Below the pieces are notes generated by a model. The model searched no databases. It was not told the DNA's origin and saw nothing but the letters and a program-made list of their open reading frames with translations. Both the position numbers and the translations under genes were made by a program. From Gammaproteobacteria bacterium (GTDB lineage Bacteria; Pseudomonadota; Gammaproteobacteria; SZUA-229), in the NCBI GenBank assembly GCA_029287435.1, contig JARFRD010000022.1:433-64432 (forward strand): 64,000 bases of DNA. Direction: 5' to 3'. This document shows, in pieces, positions 54,521 through 63,961 of the stretch (positions are counted from its first letter, which is position 1; every line of letters starts with the position of its first letter).

Positions 54521-54910
54521 ATGACGGACAAGACAGCGATGAGCCGGCCGATTGTGTTTTATGATGGTGGTTGCCCGTTGTGCCGTCGCGAGATTGCACA
54601 TTACCAGCGCATTGACCGCGAGCGGCGCATTCAGTGGACGGATATCCAGCAGCAGCCGGACACCTTGCAGGCACATGGTCTGAGTTGGCAGCAGGCCATG
54701 CAGCGTATGCATGTCCGCGACAGCGATGGCCAGATGGTCAGCGGCGCGGCCGCGTTTGTCGCGTTGTGGCGTCATATTCCGCGCTACCACTTGCTGGCAG
54801 TTTTTGTTTCGCTGCCGGGTATTCACTGGCTGGCGGAACAGGTGTATAGCGTATTTGCCCGCAGGCGCTATCGCTCGCGCTGCAGCGATCAAGTCTGTGC
54901 TGAACAGTAA
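54521..54910 (+). CDS. thiol-disulfide oxidoreductase DCC (DUF393) family protein
   Basis: IVFYDGGCPLCRREIAHY motif. Confidence 0.85.
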   Translation: MTDKTAMSRPIVFYDGGCPLCRREIAHYQRIDRERRIQWTDIQQQPDTLQAHGLSWQQAMQRMHVRDSDGQMVSGAAAFVALWRHIPRYHLLAVFVSLPGIHWLAEQVYSVFARRRYRSRCSDQVCAEQ

Positions 54911-54968
54911 TTGTTTAGCTGGCAAGCGTATGACAGTTGATCGAACAAGGTAGAACTGAGTGTCATCC

Positions 54969-55481
54969 ATGTGGCAATACCGGGGACAGAAACGCCCGCC
55001 TTTTGCTGACCAGCCACAGGCAGGACAGGAGTCAGTCTGGGACTATCCCCGGCCGCCCAAACTCGAACCTTTTTCAGCTACTGTCGAAGTGTTCGCGAAT
55101 GACACCCTGGTGGCGCGCTCAGTAGATACCCTGCGGGTACTGGAAACGGCAAGTCCACCGACCGTTTATATTCAACCGCAAGACATCGATATGTCACTGC
55201 TCAGCCGCACAGCAGGCAGTTCCTTCTGTGAGTGGAAAGGCAGTGCCAGCTACTGGAAGCTGGTGCATGATGCGGCAGGCATCCCGGTCGCATGGAGCTA
55301 CAGCGAACCGTTTCCAGCTTTCGAGAAAATACGCGACTATCTGTGTTTTTATCCCGCACGCATTACCTGTTATGTCGATGGTGAACGCGTACAGGCGCAG
55401 CCTGGTGAATTCTATGGCGGCTGGATAACAGCTGCTATTATTGGGCCATTCAAGGGCGACCCGGGCTCAGGACACTGGTAG
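54969..55481 (+). CDS. DUF427-family protein
   Basis: VWDYPRPP...CEWKGSASYW motifs. ATG 54969 is preferred to GTG 54960. Confidence 0.8.
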   Translation: MWQYRGQKRPPFADQPQAGQESVWDYPRPPKLEPFSATVEVFANDTLVARSVDTLRVLETASPPTVYIQPQDIDMSLLSRTAGSSFCEWKGSASYWKLVHDAAGIPVAWSYSEPFPAFEKIRDYLCFYPARITCYVDGERVQAQPGEFYGGWITAAIIGPFKGDPGSGHW

Positions 55482-56509
55482 TGATTCAGTCAAGCTCGCA
55501 ATGCAGTAGCATTAGCCGCCCTGCTATAACACGATCCCGGCGTCTCACAGGTCTGCTGTTGACAGGCCTGCTGGCGTTGTTGACAGGCTGCGTGTCGCCG
55601 CCCTCTGTTGATGCAGTTGATGCTGACGGACTGCTGTATTCCGATCATCCACTGGTCGATAGAATCTACCAGGTAAAGTCTGCATCCTTCATTGACCGGC
55701 AGCGGCTGAGACAACGCATCGTTGAAGCCGACTATCTGTTACTCGGTGAACTGCATGACAACCGCGTTCATCACCGCCACCAGGCATGGGTGATCAGACA
55801 ACTGGCACTAGCCGGACGTGATGCCGGCATCGCCTACGAGATGATCTACAAGGAGCAGGGCAAGCGGCTGGAAGGCGTGGAGATAACCTCTGCCGATCAG
55901 CTGATCGAAATATTGAACCAGACGCAGACCGGCTGGGACTATGAATACCAGTACCGCCCGCTGTTCGTTGAAACCCTGGCTGCCGGCTACCCGATCGTAG
56001 CGGCAAACCTGGATCGGAAAAAGCTGATGGAAGTGTTGAAGCAGGGCGAAGACAGGCTGCCGGCAGACTATCGGCGCATCCTTGACAATACCCCGTTTAG
56101 CGATGCGCAGCGCAGCGATCTACTGCAAGAAATCAATACCTCGCACTGCAACCTGCTCGATGCACAGACCGGCAGCATGATGATGCAGGCACAGCGTATA
56201 CGTGACGCGGCGCTGACGGAAACCCTGCTCAGTATCAATGAGCCGGTAAAAGTTCTGATTACCGGGCTTGGCCACGCGCGCAACGACCGCGGCCTGCCGC
56301 TTTATCTTGAAAACAACCTGCAGACAGCGGCAGATATTGTTGCTATCGGCATGATCGAAGTTGATCCTGAAAAGACCGAGCCGGCGGCCTATGCAGAAGC
56401 CTGGAACCGCGACTCCCTGCCGTTTGATATCGTCATCTTCACCCCGACCGTGGACCATGGCGACCTGTGCGGAGAGCTCGAGCAGCACTTCAACAGGAAA
56501 AAAGAATGA
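55481..56509 (+). CDS. ChaN-family (haem-binding/Tiki-like) lipoprotein
   Basis: Lipobox LLTGC and DYLLLGELHDNRVHH motif. The GTG start overlaps the upstream stop by 1 nt. Confidence 0.65.
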   Translation: MIQSSSQCSSISRPAITRSRRLTGLLLTGLLALLTGCVSPPSVDAVDADGLLYSDHPLVDRIYQVKSASFIDRQRLRQRIVEADYLLLGELHDNRVHHRHQAWVIRQLALAGRDAGIAYEMIYKEQGKRLEGVEITSADQLIEILNQTQTGWDYEYQYRPLFVETLAAGYPIVAANLDRKKLMEVLKQGEDRLPADYRRILDNTPFSDAQRSDLLQEINTSHCNLLDAQTGSMMMQAQRIRDAALTETLLSINEPVKVLITGLGHARNDRGLPLYLENNLQTAADIVAIGMIEVDPEKTEPAAYAEAWNRDSLPFDIVIFTPTVDHGDLCGELEQHFNRKKE

Positions 56510-56540
56510 CCAATCAGGGGTTGCGTTCAGCTCTCAGCTA

Positions 56541-57041
56541 TTAGGACTTGCCAGGTAATACCCAGCCGGGCCGTGGAAAATGACAGGTGTAACCGTTTGG
56601 AATACGTTCAAGATAATCCTGGTGCTCGGGTTCGGCCTCCCAGAATTCACTCGCCCTTGAGACTTTCGTCACCACGGGGCCCGGCCATAAGTCACAAGCA
56701 TTGACATCTTCAATCGTTTGTTCGGCAACAGCCCGCTGTTCTTCTGTCAGGTAAAAGATTTCAGAACGGTATGAAGGTCCCCTGTCATTACCTTGCCGGT
56801 CGAGGGTTGTGGGATCATGAATCTGAAAAAAATACGCCAGTATGTCCCGGTAGCTTATGATCTCATTATCAAACTCAATTTCGATCGCTTCAGCGTGGGT
56901 ACCGTGGTTACGATATGTTGCATTGGCTACATCACCACCGGTATACCCTACACGCGTTGACTGCACACCGGGTAATTTCCGAATCAGGTCCTGCATGCCC
57001 CAGAAACATCCACCGGCTAGAATTGCACGTTCTACTGACAT
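56541..57041 (-). CDS. msrA: peptide-methionine (S)-S-oxide reductase
   Basis: [13 protein letters not shown] catalytic motif. 166 aa. Confidence 0.95.
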   Translation of the reverse strand: MSVERAILAGGCFWGMQDLIRKLPGVQSTRVGYTGGDVANATYRNHGTHAEAIEIEFDNEIISYRDILAYFFQIHDPTTLDRQGNDRGPSYRSEIFYLTEEQRAVAEQTIEDVNACDLWPGPVVTKVSRASEFWEAEPEHQDYLERIPNGYTCHFPRPGWVLPGKS

Positions 57042-57060
57042 TTAGCTAACTCTTCTCAAC

Positions 57061-57098
57061 TTGATTGATATAGTTTGATTGATATGTTTGATTGATAC
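57061..57098. repeat. three tandem ~13-bp units upstream of msrA
   Basis: TTGATTGATATAG / TTTGATTGATATG / TTTGATTGATACAG. Confidence 0.8.
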
Positions 57099-57134
57099 AG
57101 CCACCATAACTTTCCGTCTCCATCTTTTCAACTA

Positions 57135-57170
57135 GATCAACTACTCTGACCCCTTGATTACCTTGATTAC
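57135..57170 (-). repeat. family-A intergenic repeat
   Basis: GATCAACTACTCTGACCCCTTGATTACCTTGATTAC. Confidence 0.8.
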
Positions 57171-57189
57171 TTCATAATTTTCCCTTTAT

Positions 57190-58281
57190 CTACTTCTTTA
57201 TTACGTAGTAATCATTCTGGAAATCATGCTCCAGCTGATGGATTACGATGTCGGTAAAACCAGCTTCAGTTAACAGTTCCTGCGCCTTCTCCTGTCCCCA
57301 CATGGTACCGAGGCCATCACCCCCCTGGGCAAGTGAAACGGTCATGCAATGAGTGGTTGAGAGCGTGTACAGCAGCGGGCCAACCGGGTGGTCCATGTTG
57401 TTCTGTACTTCACTGGAACCATGAATGTCCTGCATCAGGTAAATCCCGTCATCCGTTAACGTACGATTAATACCCTTAAGAACATTCAATGGTTTTGCCT
57501 GGTCGTGAACGGCGTCGAATGTTGTTATAAAGTCATAGCGTGCGTGACTGTCCTGCTGGTCGAAATCGGTCACGTCTCTGATCTGAAAGTCGACATTGCG
57601 CAGACCTTTTTTTGTTGCTTCCCGGGTGGCATATTCAATGGCTTCTGCAGACAGGTCGACACCAACAAAAGTGCTGTGTGGATACAACTCGGCGAGCAGG
57701 GTTATTGCACGGCCACGGCCGCAGCCAACATCGAGCACCTTAATGCCCTGCTCAAGCTTCTCTTCCAGTCCAGGTATCAGTGGCAGGATGTGCTCTGTCA
57801 ACGACGCTAGCACGGTCTGGCCGCTATCTTCGGCCATCACTTCGTGGAAGCGCGGGAACTTTTCATACGGCACGCCGCCGCCATTCCTGAAACAATCGAT
57901 GATGTCATCTTCAACTGTTCCCATCATCGGTATGTATTGGGCGAACACCGAGATGTTGCCTTCAGTTGAACCGCGGGTAAGCCACGATGCGTGTTCATCA
58001 GGCAGGGAATAGGTTCTGTCGTGCGGGTGATAGTCGATGACCTTGCTGACAACCAGTGCGTTCAGCCATTCGCGAACATAGCGTTCATTGAGACCTGCAC
58101 CATCAGCGAGTTCTGCGCTGCTCACGCGACCAAGCTTTTCAAGATGGTCAAACAGTTGTGTTCGGTGGCCGATAGACAACATGACACATAATGCCCCTTC
58201 ATTGAGTGCATTGACCAGGCGGTCAGCAAAGCTGTCAGATTTTTCGTGATCAAACTGGGGTAACTGGCAATTTAGACACAT
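57190..58281 (-). CDS. class I SAM-dependent methyltransferase with N-terminal winged-helix-like domain
   Basis: VLDVGCGRGRA (motif I) and a downstream acidic motif. Confidence 0.8.
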   Translation of the reverse strand: MCLNCQLPQFDHEKSDSFADRLVNALNEGALCVMLSIGHRTQLFDHLEKLGRVSSAELADGAGLNERYVREWLNALVVSKVIDYHPHDRTYSLPDEHASWLTRGSTEGNISVFAQYIPMMGTVEDDIIDCFRNGGGVPYEKFPRFHEVMAEDSGQTVLASLTEHILPLIPGLEEKLEQGIKVLDVGCGRGRAITLLAELYPHSTFVGVDLSAEAIEYATREATKKGLRNVDFQIRDVTDFDQQDSHARYDFITTFDAVHDQAKPLNVLKGINRTLTDDGIYLMQDIHGSSEVQNNMDHPVGPLLYTLSTTHCMTVSLAQGGDGLGTMWGQEKAQELLTEAGFTDIVIHQLEHDFQNDYYVIKK

Positions 58282-58451
58282 GGCTTTCTCCTCTTCATTA
58301 TTAATATCAATATCTGTGCTGTTGATAAAAAGTTTACGGCCATTGGCGGTAAAAAGCAGTGGACGAACAGTACGGACTTTCGAATTTAATTTATATTTAT
58401 TAATCAGTTAGTTACATGGATCAGCATGCAACTGGACGTGGTTCGGACAGA

Positions 58452-58476
58452 AAAACTATACTGACGGTATAGTTTT
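58452..58476. promoter_or_regulatory. candidate TetR operator (perfect 10-bp inverted repeat)
   Basis: AAAACTATAC-TGACG-GTATAGTTTT, 22 nt upstream of the TetR start in the divergent methyltransferase/TetR intergenic region. Confidence 0.55.
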
Positions 58477-58497
58477 CATGACACGGAGCAGGTGGAA

Positions 58498-59112
58498 ATG
58501 GGTGAAAAAGCCAGTAATACCAAACATCGCATCATGACGACAGCAGAACAGATCATCCTGCAAAAAGGCTTTGCCGGCACGTCGATTGACGAAGTGATCC
58601 AGCAGTCGCATATCACCAAGGGCGGGTTCTTCTACCATTTCAAGGGCAAAAACGACCTGGCGCTGGGGTTATTGAAGCGCTACCTCGATGCCGATGATGT
58701 CTTCTTCAATGAGTTGCTCGGGCGGGCCAGGGAGCTGACCGATGACCCGCTGCAGCAGATGCTGGTGTTTCTGAAACTACTTGCCGAGGCAATGGCGGAA
58801 CTTAAAGTTCATCACCCCGGCTGCCTGGTCGCAGCCTTTACCTATGAAAGCCAGCAGTTTGATGATGACGTGATCAAGATGATTAAAGACGGCACGCTGT
58901 CATGGCGTAAGTTGTTTTCAGAGCAACTGCGACTCGTCGAAGAAAAATACCAGCCACGGTTTGAAACTGATATCGATGACCTTGCCGATATGCTTTCAGC
59001 CTGCATGGAAGGCGGCATCATCCTGTCTCGCATACTGAAAAATCCTGTAGCCTTGAGCAAACAGATCATTCATTATCGGAATTATCTTCGTTTGCTTTAC
59101 GACAATGAATAG
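58498..59112 (+). CDS. TetR-family transcriptional regulator
   Basis: HTH IMTTAEQIILQKGFAGTSIDEVIQQSHITKGGFFYHF. GGAG lies 9 nt before ATG 58498. Confidence 0.9.
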   Translation: MGEKASNTKHRIMTTAEQIILQKGFAGTSIDEVIQQSHITKGGFFYHFKGKNDLALGLLKRYLDADDVFFNELLGRARELTDDPLQQMLVFLKLLAEAMAELKVHHPGCLVAAFTYESQQFDDDVIKMIKDGTLSWRKLFSEQLRLVEEKYQPRFETDIDDLADMLSACMEGGIILSRILKNPVALSKQIIHYRNYLRLLYDNE

Positions 59113-59187
59113 CAAGAAGCTAAGTTCTATTCGCGTGATCGGACACACACCTCGTTTACGGTATTGAGAAACCATAGAAAAGCAGTG

Positions 59188-59217
59188 AAAATTATCGTAG
59201 TCTGACCCCTACTATTG
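59188..59217 (-). repeat. family-C repeat (reverse orientation)
   Basis: The reverse complement reads CAATAGTAGGGGTCAGACTACGATAATTTT. Confidence 0.75.
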
Positions 59218-59230
59218 TTAATATGGAATT

Positions 59231-60178
59231 ATGAAAACTTATTCAATCCTGTTACTGGCAATTTTTTGCTTTAGTACTCAGCAGGCCTCTGCACTTCAGT
59301 GGCCACACTTAGAGCCTAAAAAAATCGGCCCACATACCTATGTCATAGAACATGGGCCGCATGATGAAGACCCGAAAGTGAGCCATGGGTTTCACAATAA
59401 TCCGGGTTTTGTTGTGACCGATGACGGTGTTGTCGTTATTGATACCGGCAGCAGTTATGAAATCGGCAAAATGATCCTGCGAAAAATTAAAACGGTAACC
59501 TCCAAGCCCATTACTCATATTTTTACAACGCATTTCCATGGCGATCACTGGCTGTCAAATCAGGCGCTGGTCGAGGCATACCCTGATGCGCTCACCGTTG
59601 CACATCCCGAACTGATTACCTTGTTAAAAAATGGAGAAGATAAATTCTGGCTGGATCGCTTTGCCGAACGGCTGGGTGATGAGGCCTTTGCAGGAACCAA
59701 AGCGGTTATACCGAATACGCCGGCAGAAAATAAAGCCTACCAGATTGGTGGTGTGACGTTTCAGGTTGTGTTATTTGATCAAGCGCATACGACGACTGAC
59801 TTGATGGTTTATGTTGAAGATGAGGGTGTGCTGTTTACCGGTGATATTGTCAACAACGAACATTTCTCATTTATGGGGCATGGTAATTTCAAAGGCGCCT
59901 ATGAAGCGACTCAAAAAGCACTGACCTTCAATGCAAATCACGTTGTCGTGGGTCATGGAAAAAGCGGTAATCAAGATCTGATTAAAACATTTGGGGCGAT
60001 TTACCAGAAGCTACAGGCAATAATCAGGAAATTTTATGAACAGGACATGATGGATTATGAAATGAAACCCAAAGTCATTGCCGAGTTTGAAGAATACAAA
60101 CAGTGGAGTGGTTTTGACAATCAGATTGGGCCGTACATCAGCCAGATAGTTCTGGAACTGGAAAAAGAATCGTTCTAA
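59231..60178 (+). CDS. secreted MBL-fold metallo-hydrolase
   Basis: Canonical THFHGDHW motif and a signal peptide. Confidence 0.8.
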   Translation: MKTYSILLLAIFCFSTQQASALQWPHLEPKKIGPHTYVIEHGPHDEDPKVSHGFHNNPGFVVTDDGVVVIDTGSSYEIGKMILRKIKTVTSKPITHIFTTHFHGDHWLSNQALVEAYPDALTVAHPELITLLKNGEDKFWLDRFAERLGDEAFAGTKAVIPNTPAENKAYQIGGVTFQVVLFDQAHTTTDLMVYVEDEGVLFTGDIVNNEHFSFMGHGNFKGAYEATQKALTFNANHVVVGHGKSGNQDLIKTFGAIYQKLQAIIRKFYEQDMMDYEMKPKVIAEFEEYKQWSGFDNQIGPYISQIVLELEKESF

Positions 60179-60233
60179 CAATAGTGGACAGGGTATGATT
60201 AGAGGTAATCGGGGACAGATCACGATTATATTT
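60179..60233 (+). repeat. family-C repeat (two partial cores)
   Basis: AATAGTGGACAGGG...AATCGGGGACAGATCACGATTATATTT. Confidence 0.7.
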
Positions 60234-60353
60234 TTGCTGCCATGTGGGGCTTGTTATCGCCCCCACCGTATCAAGAAGAAAATAAGATAATTCATTTTTA
60301 AAAAAAGTGCAGTTAGCTGCAGACTGTTCAACCCATTATTCAAGGATAGTTTT

Positions 60354-60800
60354 ATGATCAATATTTTACTCATGCTTCATGTTGTGGCGGTTGTCATCTG
60401 GGTTGGTGGTATGTTGTTTGCGCACATGCAATTACGACCAATTGCTGCCAGTCAGCTGGAACCCCCGGAACGTTTGCGGCTGTGGGTCGGGGTGTTTGGC
60501 CGGTTCTTTCCGTGGGTATGGGCGTCCATTATTACCATCCTCGTTACCGGCTTCTGGATTATAAATATTTATGGTGGCTTCAAGGTCCTGGGTATGCATA
60601 TCAATGTTATGATGGTAATCGGTTTTCTGATGATGCTGATTTTCTTCCATGTATTTTTTGCACCCTATAGAAGATTAAAACAGGCCGTTGCTGCTGAAGA
60701 CTGGCCAGCCGCTGGCGCCAAGCTGGCACAGATACGAACACTGATTGGTATCAATATGACACTTGGTGTGCTGACCATAGCCATTCGCTATATCATTTAG
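60354..60800 (+). CDS. CopD-like small membrane protein
   Basis: 148 aa with four TM helices. LHVVAVVIWVGGMLF start resembles the CopD/DUF2269-type family. Assignment is tentative. Confidence 0.45.
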   Translation: MINILLMLHVVAVVIWVGGMLFAHMQLRPIAASQLEPPERLRLWVGVFGRFFPWVWASIITILVTGFWIINIYGGFKVLGMHINVMMVIGFLMMLIFFHVFFAPYRRLKQAVAAEDWPAAGAKLAQIRTLIGINMTLGVLTIAIRYII

Positions 60801-60880
60801 GGTTAGCAAAACGTTGGGCACTAGCGCGAAGATAGGTGCATGCGACAAATCAAGTTCTTTTTTAAACAGTGAGTGACACG

Positions 60881-61201
60881 ATGGATGACAAAACACGAAC
60901 CGAGCTGGAAGCCGCGGCGTTCCGCGGGCTGGTCGAACACCTTCAACAGCGCACGGATGTGCAAAATATCGACCTGATGAATCTGGCCGGCTTCTGCCGC
61001 AATTGTCTATCGAAATGGTATCTGGCAGCTGCCCAGGAGCGCGGGCTGGATATCAGTGACGGTGACGCAAGAGAGGCCGTATATGGCATGCCTTACAGCG
61101 AATGGAAGGAAAGGTTTCAGCATAAGGCCACCGACGAACAGTTGCAGAAATACGAGGAAACCAAACCGCTGCACGCAAAGATTAGTGGCCACAATAGCTG
61201 A
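60881..61201 (+). CDS. DUF1244-family protein
   Basis: AAFRGLVEHLQQRTDVQNIDLMNLAGFCRNCLSKWY. Confidence 0.85.
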   Translation: MDDKTRTELEAAAFRGLVEHLQQRTDVQNIDLMNLAGFCRNCLSKWYLAAAQERGLDISDGDAREAVYGMPYSEWKERFQHKATDEQLQKYEETKPLHAKISGHNS

Positions 61202-61259
61202 GCAGTTTTTCCTCATGTAATGGCCCCCGCGCTAATGCGGGGACCTGGTATTGCCTACT

Positions 61260-61844
61260 TCAGGCAACTGCACGCATGTGCTTAACGCGCTCAACAGTTA
61301 CCGGTACCGGTTTGCACACCGTGCTACAAACTGGCGAATGATCCCTGGCAAACGATAGTAAATCATCCAGTTCCTCATCACTGCAGTCCGCCTCAATATC
61401 CATGGCAATACGAATCGACTCGTAACCTACCGCTACTGAATCGTCCAATGCCAGCAGGCCCTGCACATCGATAGTGCCAGTCAGTTCTGTCGAAAGCTTC
61501 CGAATCTCGATACCTCGAGCAGCGGCATGTAAAACCGTGGTGGTGGTAACGCAACCGGCAAGCGCATGTAGAAGGAACTCAACCGGGTTGGCGCCTTCGT
61601 TGTCGCCCAGCAGCACCGGCGGCTCACCATTGGTATAAACAAAGGGTTCAGTGCGTGACTCATCCTCGGCACCGGCACCGTAAAACCCCTGAATGGTGGA
61701 ATAGTTTTCACCACCGCTAACCCACTGGTTGCGGGCACGAAACTCGAATTGAGCCAGCGATGGATCACTTTTCAGTGCATCGATGGTGCCTGTCATCTGC
61801 GCCAGGTTAAGGCCGTTACGTGTTTGTTTATCCTGTGTGTTCAT
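61260..61844 (-). CDS. OsmC/Ohr-superfamily protein
   Basis: NPVEFLLHALAGCVT and DHSPVCSTV Cys motifs. Start moved to ATG 61844. Confidence 0.7.
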   Translation of the reverse strand: MNTQDKQTRNGLNLAQMTGTIDALKSDPSLAQFEFRARNQWVSGGENYSTIQGFYGAGAEDESRTEPFVYTNGEPPVLLGDNEGANPVEFLLHALAGCVTTTTVLHAAARGIEIRKLSTELTGTIDVQGLLALDDSVAVGYESIRIAMDIEADCSDEELDDLLSFARDHSPVCSTVCKPVPVTVERVKHMRAVA

Positions 61845-61991
61845 TGTCGTCTCCTGTTCAAGTGTTGTTGAAAGGCCGTTGTGTGACGGCTTGCGATAAC
61901 AATAAGTCTTGACATCAGCTGTTATAAGATGGAAATTAGACAAAAACAGGGCATTTGTGCCACTCTTTGCAGAATTCAGAGGATAACTACC

Positions 61992-63032
61992 GTGACACAA
62001 CAAAAACCCGTAGAGGTTCTCATCGTTGCTGTACCCGAAACCGCCGGCTCCGCACTATACGGCATGCTGGATGTGCTGATGGCTGCCGGCAATATCTGGC
62101 AGACACTGGTCCGATCGAACACCGTACAACAGTTGTTCAGCGTGCGCATCGTATCGCCAGAAAAGGACGCCTTCAGCTGTGGTAATAACATCCCGGTAAG
62201 GCCAGACTGCAGCATTAGCGAAAGCCCGGCAGCAAGTATCATCATCCTGCCGGAACTCTGGCTCGGGCCCGATGAAGACATCAAAGGCCGTTACCCCGAA
62301 TTGATGCAATGGATACGCCAGCAATACAAAGCCGGCGTCACACTATATTCCGCCTGTTCCGGCGCCATCATGCTCGCCGAGTCTGGACTACTGGATGGTT
62401 GCCCCGCGACTTCCCACTGGGGTTACAAAGAGCTGTTTCGAAAAAAATACCCCAAAGTACATTTCCAGCCTGAGCCGAACCTGGTGTTTGCTGATGCCGC
62501 CGGACGTATCGTCACCGCGGGCGGCACCACATCATGGCACGACCTCGCCGTACACATCATTTCGCGCCATGCCAGTGCGGGAGAAGCATTGCGTATCGCC
62601 AAAGTATATTTACTCAAATGGCATTCAGAAGGGCAGCTGCCTTATGCATCACTGGTCACCCGCGCACCGCATGCAGATTCCGTTGTTCGACAATGCGAAG
62701 ACTGGTTAAAGCAGTACTACAAAAAACCTGATGCGCTGCAACAGGTCATCGAACAGGCCAACATCCCTCAACGTACTTTGAAAAGACGTTTCAAGGCTGC
62801 TACTGGTTCTACCTTCATCGAGTATGTGCAAAACCTTCGTATCGAAGAGGCCAAACGATTATTAGAAGCAGGGCAAATGCCGGTTGATAGCATTAGCCTG
62901 CAAGCCGGATACGAAGATGCGTCCTTTTTCAGAAGACTGTTCAAACGCCTCACCGGACTAACGCCCAGCCAATATAGAAGAATGTTTCAGCCGGTGATTG
63001 AAAAGCTGGGATCAGATCCCGCTTTTTTATAA
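61992..63032 (+). CDS. GlxA-family regulator (DJ-1/PfpI domain + AraC HTH)
   Basis: LYSACSGAIMLAESG nucleophile-elbow-like motif and a C-terminal AraC HTH. GTG 61992 start is tentative (the track ORF starts at 61929). Confidence 0.8.
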   Translation: MTQQKPVEVLIVAVPETAGSALYGMLDVLMAAGNIWQTLVRSNTVQQLFSVRIVSPEKDAFSCGNNIPVRPDCSISESPAASIIILPELWLGPDEDIKGRYPELMQWIRQQYKAGVTLYSACSGAIMLAESGLLDGCPATSHWGYKELFRKKYPKVHFQPEPNLVFADAAGRIVTAGGTTSWHDLAVHIISRHASAGEALRIAKVYLLKWHSEGQLPYASLVTRAPHADSVVRQCEDWLKQYYKKPDALQQVIEQANIPQRTLKRRFKAATGSTFIEYVQNLRIEEAKRLLEAGQMPVDSISLQAGYEDASFFRRLFKRLTGLTPSQYRRMFQPVIEKLGSDPAFL

Positions 63033-63764
63033 GGCCCATGCCTTCCATAGCAAGGACCCGCCGCTGCCAAGCAGCAGTACACCAATTACAGCTAGCATTT
63101 GGCGGCGGCTAATTCCCAGGTGTACCCGGTTCCCTAAATAAAGACCAAGGCCCAACAGTGGTAGGGCCAGCAGTATCGAGCTCAGCATATCAGTCTGCAG
63201 CAGCAAACCCATGACCAGGAAGGTGACGATGCGCAGTGCGCCATCCAGCATGAAGAGGCCGGACAAGGTCCCGCGCAACTGTGTTTTATCGTGCAGGCGG
63301 TGCGAGAGATAGACCACGAAGGGCGGTCCGCCAGTACCAAACATGGCGCCGATCAAACCACCACTGAGGCCGGTCGGTAGCGACCACCAGCGGCTTGTCG
63401 GCTTTTCGCTGTGTACATTAAACAGGTAACGCAATCCGAAGAATATGACGAACAAGCCCAGGCCAATCAGCAACGGTTCACGTGGAAGATTAACCAGCAA
63501 CAATGCTCCGATCAGAATACCGGCAATACTAGCAGGCAAAAGGCTGCGGATCTCATCCCAGCGCACCTGCAGGTGCGTATGACGACTAAGCACTACCGAT
63601 GCAATGAAATCCAGCACCAGCACCAGCGGCACGACAAAAGTCAAAGGCAGGAAATGTGCGAGCAGGGGAATCGCAATCAGGCCCGAGCCGAAACCGGTAA
63701 TACCGCGTATGAAGTAGGCAAGCAGCAGAATAAAAAAGGCGGCAAGATAAATATCAGGCGTCAT
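63027..63764 (-). CDS. TauE/SafE-family sulfite/anion exporter
   Basis: 245 aa with 7-8 TM helices and GFGSGLIAIPLL and GTGGPPF motifs. Confidence 0.85.
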   Translation of the reverse strand: MTPDIYLAAFFILLLAYFIRGITGFGSGLIAIPLLAHFLPLTFVVPLVLVLDFIASVVLSRHTHLQVRWDEIRSLLPASIAGILIGALLLVNLPREPLLIGLGLFVIFFGLRYLFNVHSEKPTSRWWSLPTGLSGGLIGAMFGTGGPPFVVYLSHRLHDKTQLRGTLSGLFMLDGALRIVTFLVMGLLLQTDMLSSILLALPLLGLGLYLGNRVHLGISRRQMLAVIGVLLLGSGGSLLWKAWAL

Positions 63765-63860
63765 ATAAAAAGTTCAGCTTTGGCGGGATAGTGTTGAAAC
63801 AGATTACTTTGGCCCCCGATGATAAGCGATTTTATCGGCATGGTGTATTTGGAAAAAGAA

Positions 63861-63888
63861 TCAAGGGGTCAGAGTACTTGAAAGCTGT
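63861..63888 (+). repeat. family-A intergenic repeat
   Basis: TCAAGGGGTCAGAGTACTTGAAAGCTGT. Confidence 0.9.
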
Positions 63889-63916
63889 CCAGTCTTTTTC
63901 ATAGATTAAGTATCAA

Positions 63917-63961
63917 TTAAAGGGGTCGGAGTGATTTAATTTTTAGCAGCCGCCCTTTAAG
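63917..63961. repeat. family-B repeat (left arm intact, right arm diverged)
   Basis: TTAAAGGGGTCGGAGTGATTTAATTTTTAGCAGCCGCCCTTTAAG. Confidence 0.8.

Noticed and set aside
6547-63961. Family-B hairpins as integron attC sites or a cassette array
   Set aside because: Flanking genes are ordinary chromosomal genes in both orientations. There is no intI or attI. The hairpins lack the attC R/L box organisation. I interpret them as REP-like elements.
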